In this document: positions 13,050-26,105 of the stretch, piece by piece
How the letters are laid out: every line of letters starts with the position of its first letter
Numbering within the stretch: the first letter of the stretch is position 1
NCBI RefSeq assembly: GCF_004010195.1
Contig: NC_057753.1
Coordinates: 1,306,760-1,370,759 of the forward strand
Reading direction: 5' to 3'
Source of the DNA: Chiloscyllium plagiosum
Lineage: Eukaryota
DNA length: 64,000 nucleotides
The notes under the pieces: model-generated
Seen by the model: the letters and a program-made list of their open reading frames with translations, nothing else
The model's database searches: none
What the model was told of the DNA's origin: nothing
Program-made: the position numbers and the translations under genes

Positions 13050-13520
13050 TTGAATAACTACCCGAGTAGGATAAGACCTAGCCAGATATTTGATCTCCAT
13101 TAACCTTCAAAGAAGTTAATGTCAACATCTTCAAGTTTTGCCTCAACAGATATGCCAGCAGAGTTTACAAGCATGTCAATTGGGCCCATCTTCGCCTGTA
13201 CTTGTTTAATTACACTTTGCACTTGCCCATAGTCGTTTGAAACATCAACAGATATACACAATACAACGTGTTTACCATTAATGAAGTGCTTCTCCATTTT
13301 CTTCTTTGCCCTCAGCAGTTTGCTCTCATCCCAAACCACCAAAGTTATAAGTGCACCTTGCTTGAAATACTCAATTGCAATTTTTTCCCAACACCACTTG
13401 ATGCCACTGTCACCGCAACGTGTGATGTGTTGAATTTGAGGGGCTTGGGCTGATGAGTGTTGACAGCATCACTCATGGCAGAACGAAGGTCATGATGAAG
13501 GCTCCGACCAGCAGCAACAT
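13050..13520 (-). pseudogene. KDSR: Processed pseudogene of 3-ketodihydrosphingosine reductase (N-terminal ~half)
   Basis: MLLLVGAFIMTFVLP*…ISPKPL…HVAVTVASSGVGK…IAIEYFKQGALITLV…KLLRAKK…VVLCISVDVSNDYGQV…GPIDMLVNSAG…RLMEIKYL…YPTRVVI matches KDSR/FVT1; intronless; one stop and three 1-bp frameshifts. Confidence 0.9.
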
Positions 13521-13562
13521 GACAAGCAGCAACGGCCTCCAGCCTGAAAACTCGCTCTATCA

Positions 13563-13810
13563 GTTTCTTCAGTCAGAGAGTGGTGGGCCTTTGGAATTTA
13601 TTGCCGTAGAGCGCAGTGGAGGCTGGGATGTTAAATATATTCAAGGCAGAATTTGATAAATTCTTAATCACGCAAGGAATGAAAGGATACGGGGAGCGTG
13701 CAGGGAAGTGGTGTTGAAATGGCTATTAGCCATGATTGAAGGGCCGAGTGGATTCGATAGACCGAGTGGCCTTACTCCCATTCCTATTTCTTACGGTTTT
13801 ATAGTCTTAA
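13563..13810 (+). mobile_element. CR1 3' fragment abutting the 5' end of the KDSR retrocopy
   Basis: ttcttcagtcagagagtggtgggcctttggaat…gcagtggaggctggg…ccgagtggccttactcc…tail. Confidence 0.8.
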
Positions 13811-14204
13811 AATTTACGATTTGCGATCTTCTAAACTGCATTTGTTGCCTGAAGATCCTCTAAATCTCACATCAGAATACACCTTGACACTGAAACCAAC
13901 GCGAGTTGGTGGGAAGAAACGAATGTACCGGATAGGGATCAGTTTAGACAGTACTTCAAAACATGCAGCATTTTAGAATACGAGTTCAAATATTTACCAA
14001 AATAGTCATTCAGTCATGCAGTCCTATAGAATGGAAACAGGCACTTCGGTCCAAATGGGTTCATGCCGAACAAAATGTTTGTTCCCATTAACAACATTTC
14101 CTTGCACTTGGTGCATAACTTTCTAATCCTTTCCTATCCGTGAGTATCTTCAATTGCTTTTTAAATGTTTTTATTGCACCCATATCAAACATTTGCGTTG
14201 TGAT

Positions 14205-14392
14205 TGTGCTGCTCAGAAAGTCAGGCAGCATCCCCGGAGCAGGAGAATCAACGGTTCGGGCGTAAGCCCTTCATCATTAATGCCCAGAACATCGATTCTA
14301 CTGCTCCTCAGATGCCTCCTAACCTGCTGTGCTTATTCCAGCACAATACCCTCAACTCTGATCGCCAGTATCTTCAGTCCTCACTTTCTCCC
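14205..14392. mobile_element. Palindromic Penelope-derived short element with degenerate hammerhead cores
   Basis: Inverted arms (…ggcagcatccccggagcaggagaatc… / …gattctactgctcctcagatgcctcc…) around cgggcgtaagcccttcatca. Confidence 0.7.
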
Positions 14393-14540
14393 AGTACCAT
14401 TTATGTAAAAACGTTGTCTCTCAGGTTCCCTTTTATTCTTTCCCCTCTAAATTTAAATGGTTGCCTTGTAGTCTACAATTCCCCAAGTTGGGGGAAGAAG
14501 ATTGAATGCAATGAAAGAGTCATGGTCCCAGCAACTGTTT

Positions 14541-15945
14541 CAATTTGAAAAGTACCATTATTCCTAGAATTGAATTCTCTTCTTGATATTGTATGTAATA
14601 TGATTGTTGCTAAGCAATTTGCCCCACGACTGTGCATTTGGGAAGGGAATCTTCTCCTTTCAGCTAATCTGGCCTCTGTGTGGTTCTGGTCACACAGTAT
14701 TACGATCAGCTGCAAATTAACCTGCAATGTTCTGGCACTCACTCATTTTAAGGAAAATATAGTGTCATTGAGTCATACAGTCTTTCAGCCAGCAGACAAG
14801 CCCTTTGGCACAAAATGATCCATGGCAATCAAAATGTCTATCCACGCGAAACCCATTTCCCTGCACTTTGCGCATATCTTTCTAAACTTTTCCTGTCCCC
14901 AACCACTTCAGCTGGTAGCTAATTCCATATGCGTACCACCCACTGTTTACAAAACGTTGCCTCTCGGTTGCCGTTTATTCTCTCCCCCCGAACCTTGAAC
15001 GAATGCCATCCAGTCCCGATGCCTCAAACCTTGGAAAAAAGCCTAAAAGCAATCATTCGATCCATGCCTCTCCTGGTCTTATATACCTCTAAAACGACCC
15101 TCTCAGTCTCCTACGCTCGAAAGGAAAGCGTCCTAGCTTGTTCAACCTTTCCTTATAACTCAGACTACCGAGTTATGGCAACATCCTTGTTAATATCCTC
15201 CACACTTTTCCCAGTTTAATAACATCGTTTCTATAACAGAGTGAACAAAACTGAACGCAATACTTCAAGTGCGGTCTCACCAAGTTATCGTACAACTGCA
15301 ACATAACTTTCCCACTTCTATTCTCAATGCCTTCCATTTGCCATTTCTAGGCCCATTCCCCTACTGATAAAGATCCTGCTGCACTTTGTGATAAGCTTCA
15401 TCATTGTCCACGATGCCACCTATTTTATTGTCATCAGCAGGCGTACTAATCATGCCTTGGTCATTCGAATTCAAATCGTTGGTATCAAAAAGAAAGTGTA
15501 ATGATTCCAGAACCGAACCCTAAGTTATTCCACTCGACAGCACTCCACCAGGTAGTATTGTCCTCTTCTTCCTACAATTAAGCCAATTTTGTGTCCAATA
15601 TTCCAGCTCGCTCTGGTTTACATGAAATCTAACCATCCAGAGCAGCTTATCATGTACTAGGGAGCTAAAGTCAAGTTGAGCAACGAATCAGCCTCATTAT
15701 TAAATAATTGCAGATACTTGTCCTCTTCATCACACTGCAGCAGATCAGCTGTTGATGCAAGTGGTTAAATTTGAAACCATTATTCCTGGAATTTATGCTT
15801 CTTCTTAATATTATATTTAATGTTACTGTTGCTAAGCATTCTGGCTGCTACTGCCCATTTAAGAAGAGAAACATCTCCTTTTAGCTATTCTGGCCTCCGT
15901 GTGCTTCTGGTCACACAGTATTGCGATCAGGTGCAAATTAACTTG
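14541..15945. repeat. Two dispersed direct copies of a ~180-bp sequence (14541-14724 and 15767-15945)
   Basis: Colinear similarity, e.g. tctggcctctgtgtggttctggtcacacagtattacgatcagctgcaaattaac vs tctggcctccgtgtgcttctggtcacacagtattgcgatcaggtgcaaattaac. Confidence 0.8.
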
Positions 15946-17189
15946 TTTTGCCCGTCGAACCTTAAACTGATTCCGTCCATTCCCCGATTCCCAACCTAGG
16001 AAAAGAAGCCTGAATGAATTCACTCTATCCACGCCCCTCATGATCATATACATTTCTATTATATACTCTTTCAGTGTTCTCCCCTCTAAAAAGAAAAAAA
16101 AAGGTCCTAGCTTGTACAACCTCTCCCTATAACTCAGACCACGGAGTCCTGGCAACATCCTTGCTAAATTTCTTTTGCCCTCTTTCCTGTTTAGTCGCAT
16201 CCTCTCTATAACAAAGTAGCAAAAACTGAACACAATACTCCAAGTGTGGCCTCCCCCACTTCCTGTACAACTGCAACATGACTTCTCAATTTTCGTAATC
16301 AATGCCCTGAATGATGAAGGCCAGTGTGCCCAAAGTACTTTTGCACCTTGCACACCCTTACAATTTCGTGTGTTCTCGAAAATAATAATATTGTTAACTG
16401 GTCAGTATATTAGAAGCTGTAAATGTCAATTTCAGCAATTTCAAACCTATGTCCTCTCTGCACAGCCTGCTTGAACGAACAAAAAGCACGACTTCTGAAA
16501 ATTTGAGTACCACTTCATCCAGTGTCCAATATATATTAGCAACAGTTGAGAGTCACGAGAATCTATAGCTCATGAACTGCCAGATGCTGTAATTACTCAG
16601 ATCATCCATACCACCCTAAATTCCAGATCTTGCCCATAGTAGAATTGGATGTGCATGTGCGGCCCAAGTAACTCCATCACTGGTGAACATGGAGGCATAT
16701 TGCCATCCTCTCCTTGGAACCATGGGAAAAATATATCCTTAGACAGAGGCAAAGAATTTCGCTTCTCGAACCTGGAATAAAAAAATGTATCGAAGTAAAT
16801 ATGAACTGTTCAGTACTGTTTGTAACATAATTCATTTTTGTTACATTTCGGCAATGTGCCAAATATTTTACGTTTATTTTCAGATGTAAGATCAAAAACA
16901 ATTCCCTCATGGGGATCAATTCTCTTCTGTATTATTGAGAAAATATCTTGTAATGTTTCAAATACATCTTAAGGCATTTATATGCACTAGGTATGACGGC
17001 ACTTTGAGAACTCAGTTTAAGATTACTAAGCCGTGACAACATAATAATCGAGTATGATTTCGCATGTAACCTTCCAGATCAGCTTTAGATGAACCATGTC
17101 AATTATTTAGCCTAGTGGCACCAGCTCTAGTTCCGCATCAAGTATCTCTGTTTTCGCTATCCCCATCACACAATTAAAATGCTAAGTTT

Positions 17190-18070
17190 TCAGGTGACGC
17201 AAAGACTGCTGGATGGATAGAAGGATTTGAGTATCTAGGGAGACTTCAGAACGATTGAACAGGTTAAGCAAGTGCACCAAGAAGTAGCAGACGGAGTATA
17301 ATTTTGAAAAGTAAATTTCGACATTTTGGTTGGAAGAATAGAATCGTCACCTATTTTCTAAATGGGGAAAGGCTTCTGAAATTTGAAGTACAAGAAATCC
17401 TAGTTCCAGATTGTCTAATGATTTGATGCAGATTCAGTTGGCAGTTTTGAAGGCAAATGTAATGTTGGCATTTTTTTTGGTGGGGTAAAATACAAAACTA
17501 AAGATTTACTTTAGACTGTGGCTAGGCATGCATTTGCGTTTTTGAGTATTTTTCGGTATTTTCTCGAAGACAGAATGCCCTGGAGGTTTACATGAATGAG
17601 CAAGGCAATGAAGAGATTGTCGTATGATGAGACAGTGAGGAATCTGGGAGTTTAGGAAGCTGACAGTTATGGAATCTGATTGAAACTTATGGAATCCAGT
17701 GAGGTTTAGATAGAGTAGATGTGGAGTATATGTTTCCGATAGAAGGAGATTTTAAGATTCCAGGTTACAACGTCAGCATGAATTGGCGACCATTTTGAAC
17801 TGAGAAAAAGAGAAATTTCTTCGGCGAGTGTGTGGTGAATCTGTGGAACTGATTGACACAGAAAGCTGTGGCGATCAAGACATTGAGTGTATTAAGGCAC
17901 AGACAGATCCCTTGTGAATTGAAAACGGGATAAAGGATTACAGGACGAAAGCATTTGATGAGGTTAAATTAAAAATGAGCTTCGATGGAATGATAGTTCA
18001 TTCTCCGATTAATTGAATAGTCAGTCTACTGTTATGTCTTAGTGTCCCAAAGATTTATGATCTTATGACA
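17190..18070 (+). mobile_element. Old CR1 LINE 3' portion
   Basis: Degenerate KFADD region (aagttttcaggtgacgcaaag) through to tttcttc…gtggtgaatctgtggaac and tail. Confidence 0.7.
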
Positions 18071-19609
18071 TTTCAAATACTCAAGCAAATGTTCTTTAAC
18101 CAATCAAATATTTTCACTCTACTACTCTTCTAGAATATGTTTTCCAGACACCTACCACCCTCTGGTGAAACTTTCTTTCCTGAAATCCCCCTAACCTCAT
18201 GCCCTTAATCTGAACAGTTTGCTTTGTTGATATTGAACATTCATGTAAAGGGAAAAACAACTCCTATCCACCTTGCATATGGCCAATATAATCTCTCTCA
18301 TCTCAGTAAAATTGCAATTTCAATTTGAAGAAAGCAGGGTATACAGCCACTCTTCAAAGCTCAAATGTTCCATTCCAAGTAAATTATTGATGACTCTCCC
18401 TTGCACCCACTCCACTGACGTTGGAAACAAGAACAGAAATTGCTGAAAAATCGAAGTAGATCTGGTTCCAAAGTGAGATCACTGGATCCGGAATGTTTGC
18501 TCTGATTTTGTTCATTAATACTCCCTGACCTGCTGAGAATTTCCATTTTTTCTGCCTTTTTTCAGATATGCAGTATTCTCCGTTTTTTTGGTTTTTCTGT
18601 CCACTGAAATACTATTCTTCCGACAGCTTGCCGATCAGAAATGCACACAGTATTCCAACATTGGTCTAAACAAACTTTTGCACATTTCCAACATAATCTC
18701 CCCGCGTTGTATAATCTATGCCATTATTCATAGAGACAAGCGTCTCATATGCCTTCTGAACCACGCAGATAATCTGCCCTGCTGCATTCGGAGAGTTGGG
18801 GGCAAATGCCAGAGTTCCCTCTGTTCCTCAGAATTTTCTCATGCCCTGCCATTCATTGAGTACTCCCATATCTTATTTCTTCTTCCAGGATACCTCAGTT
18901 CACAATTGTAAGTGGAAACATGACTTCGAAATCCTCGTTATCAATGCAATTCAGAGTCACACGGACCCAAATAAAGCCAACCCTCTCTTTTCTGGACGTC
19001 ACTGCATTTAAGGCTAGTTTGATAATCTGTTGTCATAAAATAACCCTTCTATTTAAAGTGCCAATGTAATTACTTCTTTCTTAAAAGAAAATCTCCAATG
19101 CATTATATTCCCCTTTTAAAAACCGGAGACAAAAGTTCAGCACAGCATTCCAGAGATGGTCTCACCAATGTCCGATTTAAATGAAGCATAGCATCCTTAC
19201 TGCTATGGTATATTCATCCCAAAATAAAGAATAAGATCACATAACATTCTTGAGTGCTGAATACTCACTTTATTTGATTCATGCAATGGAGCAACTAGAA
19301 CTCCCCCAATTCAAAAATTGAACCACAGAATTGATCTGCTCAAAGTCATTAATAATTTAGACGGCTAATGGAGAGACACTCTATACTCTATTAATGTTGA
19401 AATAGTTCAGCAAAATGTGAAAATCGCCCTAAAATTCGTGCTATTCGGTTAAAAGTGATGTGATAAATATTTAGTCTGATGAAGGATAGTGAATTACGAA
19501 TTTCTCTCGTCAAAGATTCCTACGGAACTTGTGGACAGCGATTGATTTTTTTTGTCATGTAGTGCTATTCGGAGATATCTAATTGCATTGCGTAGAAATA
19601 ATCCAGAAA

Positions 19610-20770
19610 CTGATCCATCCACGCTAACCCCATTTCGTTGCACTTAGCCCATATTCTTCACACCATTCCTAACTATGTATTTGCACAAATTCCTTTTAAA
19701 TATTCATAAAGTACCCACTTCATTCACTTCCACTGGCAGTTCATTCCATATGCACGCCACTCTCAGTGTACAGAAGTTGTTCCTCCTGTTCCATGTATTC
19801 TTTCCACTCTAACCATAAATTGATACCCTCTAGTCCTCGATTCTCCAACCCAGCGGAAAAGACTGTGTGCATTCATTTCATCTATGCCTCTCATGATCTT
19901 ATCCAACTCTATAAGGTCCTCCCTGAGTCTGCTATGCTGTAAAGAAGAAAAGGCCGAGCTTGTTCAAATGCTTCTTATAATTCAGACCCTTGAGTCCTAA
20001 TAACATTCTTGCAAATTTCTTCTGCACTCTTTCCAGATTAATAACATCCTTCCGATTATGAGGTAACCAAAACTGAACACAAAACCACAACCATGGTCTC
20101 AACAACTTCCTGTATAACATAACTTGCCAACTTCTGTACTCAGTGCCCTGACTGATGAAGGCCAGTTTTCTAAAAGCCTTATTCACTGTGCTGGCTACTT
20201 GTGACTCCACTTTCAGAGGACTGTGAATCTGAACTAGAAGGTGCCTCTGTTCCACTATTCTATTTAAGGCCCTTCCATTCACCATGAAACTCCTACCTTC
20301 TTTTGACGTTCCAAAATGCAAGACCTCACAATTATGTATATTAAACTCTATTTGTCATTTCGCTGCCCACTTCCTCAGCTTATCAAGGTAATGCTATAAT
20401 TTCTTCCTTTCTGTGAACACCTATTTTAGTGTCATTAGCCAATTTATTAATCATGCCATGTACATTCTTATCCAGATCATTGACACAGATAACAAACAGC
20501 AATGGACCCAGCACCGATCCCTGAGACACTACACTACTCACACGCCTCCAGTCCGACAAGCATCCTCCAACTATTGCTCTCTGCTTCCCACCATCAAGTC
20601 AAATTTGTCTCCAATTTTCCAACTTACCCTGTATTCCATGCGATCTATTCTGCTGGAGCAGTCTAACACTTGGAATCTTATCAAAGGTCTTATGTCAGTC
20701 GCCTTGCGTTCGTCAACCTTCCTGGTCATTTCATCAGGAACTTTAACAAATTTGGGAGACATGATAGAAC
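19610..20770 (-). mobile_element. CR1 LINE 3' portion
   Basis: MHFGTSK…KAFRKLAFISQGTEYRSW…CVQFWLPHNRKDVINLERVQKKF. Confidence 0.85.
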
Positions 20771-21469
20771 AGAGAATGAAAATGTCCTTGGTTCCCGATT
20801 GTTGTAATTATGCCGAAATAATTAATGGCAAGTATATCTATTGTTATCGTGTAATAAAATATAGTTTGTTACTTAAGCCAAGTGCCTCTACTTGTTAAAA
20901 CTCTCCAGTGGTTAATTCTCCCTTACTGATAATAAAGCAAGCCCTTTGACTAATAATAGGAAGGAGGATTGATGCTTGGTGGTTGTTGTGCAAAGCCCTG
21001 TACAACAATATCCTGTAAAATACACACACACACGCGCAGAAAAAAAAAAATCACTTCTGCCCATTTGGATGTTTTCAGCATGTGTTGTACACCGGGTATT
21101 TCCAAGTTCAGGACTACATGCTGAGACATACTAAAGTTTGGGGCATCCAGTACAGAGAAGAAAGATCGTTGTCTAATGCTTTTCAGACATGGTGTACTGT
21201 TAGCGTAGTAACTGTAAAACATCTTGAGCTGTTGCTTTATGAAGAATGTACAATATGAAGCATTGAGGCTCAGAGTGTAACATGGTATAAAAAATAAATT
21301 CTACATTTTTCAGTTCCTGCAACATCCAATGTGTATTGGTTTTACCCTCGAATTGTAGGGCTAATGTGGAATGTATTGTATAATTATCAATTAATTACAA
21401 TTAATGAATTACACAATATATAAACCTTAAATCTATCAATCAATCAGGCCACCTCTCTTCCTCCTCCTC

Positions 21470-22010
21470 TCGCTCACAAAGCATTCTGATTACGCCTAAT
21501 CAGATCCTGTCTTTCCAAATGCATGTGTAACGAATTTCTCAGAATCTTCTCAAAAAGTTCCCATCACAGACATTAAGCTGATTATAGCACCCTGCTTTTT
21601 CAGCTCTTCTTGAATATTTGACCCAAATTCTCTACCCTCCAGTCTTCGGGGATCTCACTCATTGGCCCTCACAATTTCTTCTCTCCCCCTTTGCAGTTTT
21701 CTTTGGATATATCTGGTCAGGACCAGGAGATTTATCCATCTTCCTACATTCTAATACACACAAAACCTCCTCTTCTTTGACAAGAACTGTCCATAAGACA
21801 ACACCACAAACTTCCACAAGCTTGCATGTCTTCATATCTGCCTCTATGGTAAACACAGTGGAGAAATATTCATTGAGAACATCGCCCATATCCTGAAGTT
21901 TGACACACATATATTCACTTAATTTCTTGAAGGACCATATTCTTTCTTTAATTATCCTTTTTCCTTTAATATACTTAATATAAAATTTCAAGAGGGAATT
22001 GATAGTTATT
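21470..22010 (-). mobile_element. CR1 ORF2 internal fragment
   Basis: YIKGKRIIKERI…MGDVLNEYFSTVFT…MDKSPGPDQIYP. Confidence 0.8.
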
Positions 22011-23049
22011 GTCAGAAATGCGTTCACTTTGAGAGCATATTATAACATAGTGGTGACGATAGGAAACTGGCAATCACGGGTTTTGTGATGCAATATAATT
22101 TCAATTTACCAGTCTTGAAATTGTAGCTGTTACTTTTGTGATCCTGATACTGACTGACGGGATGTCCATAATAATGTGAGAAATACATACTTATTGTGTT
22201 AGAACAGTCGGGCTCGGATTGTCTAAGAGAGAGAAAACTTTTATATATGTTCTGCGTTTCTCCCACTCTGAGAAATACTGCGTGTGTGCATAGGCGATAA
22301 GTGTTATGGTACCAAACCTCCCTCTTTACAAAACGGCCACCAACAAAGATATATGCACTACTTATCAAAAAGCAGCCTTTCCACCAATCACAGAAGAACA
22401 CAAATGTAAAAGGTACATTTCAACGAGCTGACTTTGGTTTACTTATTAAAACACCATCCGGGATGAACAGATAATACATCTCAGAGAGCAATGTTAGCCG
22501 AAGTCATATTGACACCGTCAGCATAAACATGTTTGCATTCCATCGAACAGAACGCGAACTGCAGCCAAAAAAGACCTTACCAACTTTCTGTCACTGTTGG
22601 CAGTCAGGCATGTATTGCACAAATTTGGTTAGTAAGTGTGTATTCGTTGACATAATTACAAATGTACAATTCCCTGAGATGACAGATTATCTCAGCTGTA
22701 ATAAGTTAACTTTTTGCATTCCTTCTTCGCATTCTATTAAGTAAATCTACTACTGGAGAGTTTTAGCCAACTACATCCCATGCAAAATATGACACTTGCA
22801 ATGACAGATTACTACCATGGCATTTTTATTGAAAATATAGTCATCCCCTCAGTTCACATCGTTGAAATTTCTGGACAATGGGCTTGGACAGTGGGCTGCC
22901 AAACAATTTCTTAACCTAAGCTAGAGGTTCCAGCTTGACATCGTGCAAACGAAGTATAAAGAGTAGAGATTAAGCAACAATCTTGTGTCTTTCGTGATAT
23001 GAGAATGTATCACATGATTGCGACAACGGTCGGGGGAAGTTAGAGATGA

Positions 23050-26000
23050 GGCAGTGACAGGATGTAATGAATCTATGGGAAGGTTTCTCACGTGATGAAA
23101 CAAAGGGTTCGGTTAAAGTGTGTCTACTTTAACGCAAGGAATGACAGAAATAAGATAGACGAACTTAGCGCATGGATCAGTACTTGGGGCTATGATGTTG
23201 TGGCCATAACGGAGACGTGGGTTTCACAGAGGCAGGACTGGTTGCTTGATGTTCCAGGGTTTAGAACGTTTAAAACGAACAGGTTGGGTGGAAAAAGAGG
23301 AGGGGGTGTAGGATTGCTAATTAGAGAGAGTGCATCACAGCTACAGAAACGAAGGTTGTTGAGAAAGGTTTGTCTACTGAGTCAGCATGGGTGGAATTTA
23401 GGAACAGCAAGGGAACAGCCACCTCCTTGGGGTTTTTCTACGGACCACCAAATAGCAGTGGAGAGATTGAAGAACTCGTAGGCGGGCAGATTTGGAAAAA
23501 TGCGTATGTAGCAGGGTTGTTTTTATTGGTGATTCCAACTTTCCCAATATCGACTGGAACCTCCTTAGTACAAATGATTTGGATAGAGCCATTCTTGTCA
23601 GGTATATTTGGGAAGGTTTCCTGACTCAGTATGTAGACAGGCCGACAAGGGGAGAGGCCATTTGGATTTGGTGCTCAGTAATGAGCCAGGACAGGTATCA
23701 GATTTCGCAGTGGGAGAATAAATTGGTGACAGTGATCACAACTGCCTCACATTTACCATAGCCTTGGAGAGCAGTTACTGAGGGATGATATTTAATTGGG
23801 GAAAAGGAAATTATGACGCTATCAGGCAGGAGTTGTGAAGTCCAGACTGGAAGTAATTGTTCCACTGAAAGTGCACAGTATACATGTGGAGACTGTTTAA
23901 GGAGCAGTTGTTGCGAGTAATGACGAATTCGTTCCTCTGAGACAGATAAAAAGGGGTAAGATTAAGAAACCTTGAATGACGATAACAGAAGAACTTCTCG
24001 TCAAAAGGAAGAAGGCAACTTACTTAAGGTGGAGGAAGCAAGGATATAGCACAGCTTTAAAGGATTACGGGCTTGCTAGAAAAGAGCTCAGAGATGGACT
24101 GAGGAGAGCCAGGAGGGCACACGAAAAGGCTGAGCAAGAAAGATTAGGGAGAATCCAAACGCATTTTACTCATACTTATAAGACAATGATCAGGGAGAAG
24201 GTAGGGCCGATCAGGGATATCGGAGGGAACCTGTGCGTGGGGTCTGAGCAGATAGGGGAATCCCTAAATGAGCTTCTTTGCTTTGGTTTTCACCAAGGAA
24301 AGGGACCTTTTTGTGAATGAGAATTTTGAGGAGCTGGGACACAAGCTTGACCAGATCAAGATTGATGAAGTTGAGGTGCTGGAAAGTTTGGCAAACATTA
24401 AGATTGATAAGTCACCAGGTCCAGAGCAGAAGTGATTTTGAGATGCCAGTGTTGGACTGGGTGTACAAAGTTAAAAATCACACGCCACCAGGTTATAGTC
24501 CAACAGGTTAAATTGGAAGCACACTAGTGTACTTCCATTTAAACCTGTTGGACTATAACCTGGTGTTGTGTGATTTTTAACTTTTTACAGACAAGATATA
24601 TCCTAGGCTGCTCTGGAAAGCGAGAAAGGAGGTTGCTGAGCCGTTCGCGAAGGTCTTTGCCTTCTCACTCTCCACAGGATTCATATCGGAAGATTGAAAG
24701 GAGGCGAACGTTGTTCCTCTTTTCAAGAAAGGCAATAAGGAAATCTCTGGCAATTACGGACCAGTCAGTCTTACGTCTGCGGTCAGCAACGTTTTGGAAA
24801 GAATTCTGAGGGATAGGATTTATGATTATTTGGAAAAGTATAGCGTTATTAAATGCAGTCAGCATGGCTTTCTGAGGGGCAGTCCTGCCTCAAAAATCTT
24901 AAAGAGTTCATTAAGGAACAGGTCGATGAAGGTCGAGCAGTGGATGTGGTGTATATGGACTTCTACAAGGCATTTGATAAGGTTCTCCATGGTAGGCTCA
25001 TTCATAAACGCAGGAAGTATGGAATACAGGGTGATTTGGCTATCTGGATTCAGAACTGGCTGGCTGACAGAAGGTAGAGAGTGATTACAGATGGAAAGTA
25101 TACTGCCTGGAAGTCAGTGTTGAGTGGGGTCCCGCAGGATTCTGTTCTTGGACATCTGCTCTTTGTGGTTTTTATAAATGACTTGGATGAGGAGATTGAG
25201 GGGTGGGTTAGTAAATTTGCAGGTGACACAATGGGTGGAGCTGCCGTTGATAGCATCGGCGGCTATTGCAGGTTGCAGCATGACATAGACAGGATGCAGA
25301 GCTGGGCTGAGAAATGGCAAATGGAGTTCAACCTGGATAAATGCTAAGTGATGCATTTTGGAAGGTCGAACTCGAATACTGAATATAGGATTAAAGACAG
25401 GATTCTTGGCAAAGGGATCTTGGTGTTCAAGTACATAGATGCCTCAAAGTTGCCACTCAAGTGGATAGGGTTGTTAACGAAGCATATGGTGTTTTGGCTG
25501 TTATTAACACGTGGATCGAGTTTAAGAGCCGCGAGGTTTTGCTACAGCTCTGCAAGTCTCGGGTGAGACCACACTTGGAATATTGTGTCCAGTTCTGGTC
25601 GCCCTACTATAGGAAGGACACAGAGTTTTTGGAGAGGGTGCAAAAATGTTTACCAGGATGCGGCCTGGACTGGAGGGTTGGCCTTATGAAGAGAGGTTGA
25701 CTAAGCTCGGAGTTTTCTCTCTGGAGAGTAGGAAGAATAGAGGTGACCTGATCGAGGTATACAAGATATTGAGAAGAATGGATGGAGTCAATATCCAGAG
25801 ACGTTTCCCCAGGGCAAGATTGACTGGCACGAGGGGTCATTGTTTTAAGATATTAGGGGAAAGGTTATAGAGGCGTTGTCAGAGGAAGGTTCTTTACGCG
25901 GAGAGTTGTGAATGCATGGAGCTTTGCCTGTGGTGGTGGTGGAAGCAGAGCAATTAGCGACTGGTGGACATGCACATGGATAGCCGTGAATTGAGGGGTG

Positions 26001-26105
26001 CGTATATTAAGTTATTTTATTTTACATTAGGATTAATCCTCGGCATAACATCGTGGGCCAAAGGGCCTGTTCTATGTTGTAATTCCTATGTTCTGTGTTC
26101 TATGG
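23050..26105 (+). mobile_element. CR1 LINE, near-complete but disrupted ORF2 (APE endonuclease + RT) with 3' tail
   Basis: LKCVYFNARN…DVVAITETW, GDSNFPNIDW, DKSPGP, YMDFYKAFDKV, GVPQDSVLG, KFAGDT, HLEYCVQFWSP; tail ctatgttctgtgttctatg. Confidence 0.92.
24435..24588. mobile_element. MITE-like hairpin element inserted in the CR1
   Basis: ~60-bp inverted arms aaagttaaaaatcacacgccaccaggttatagtccaacagg… / …cctgttggactataacctggtgttgtgtgatttttaacttt interrupt the PGPD.IYPR codons. Confidence 0.85.

Larger units (their letters stand above)
14010..16350 (-). mobile_element. Cluster of CR1 3' fragments (14010-14500, 14770-15660, 15960-16350)
   Basis: Minus-strand RT C-terminal motifs (RMLPGLRGLSYRERL.KLG, HLEYC.QFW-like) and 3' tails. 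Confidence 0.75.
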
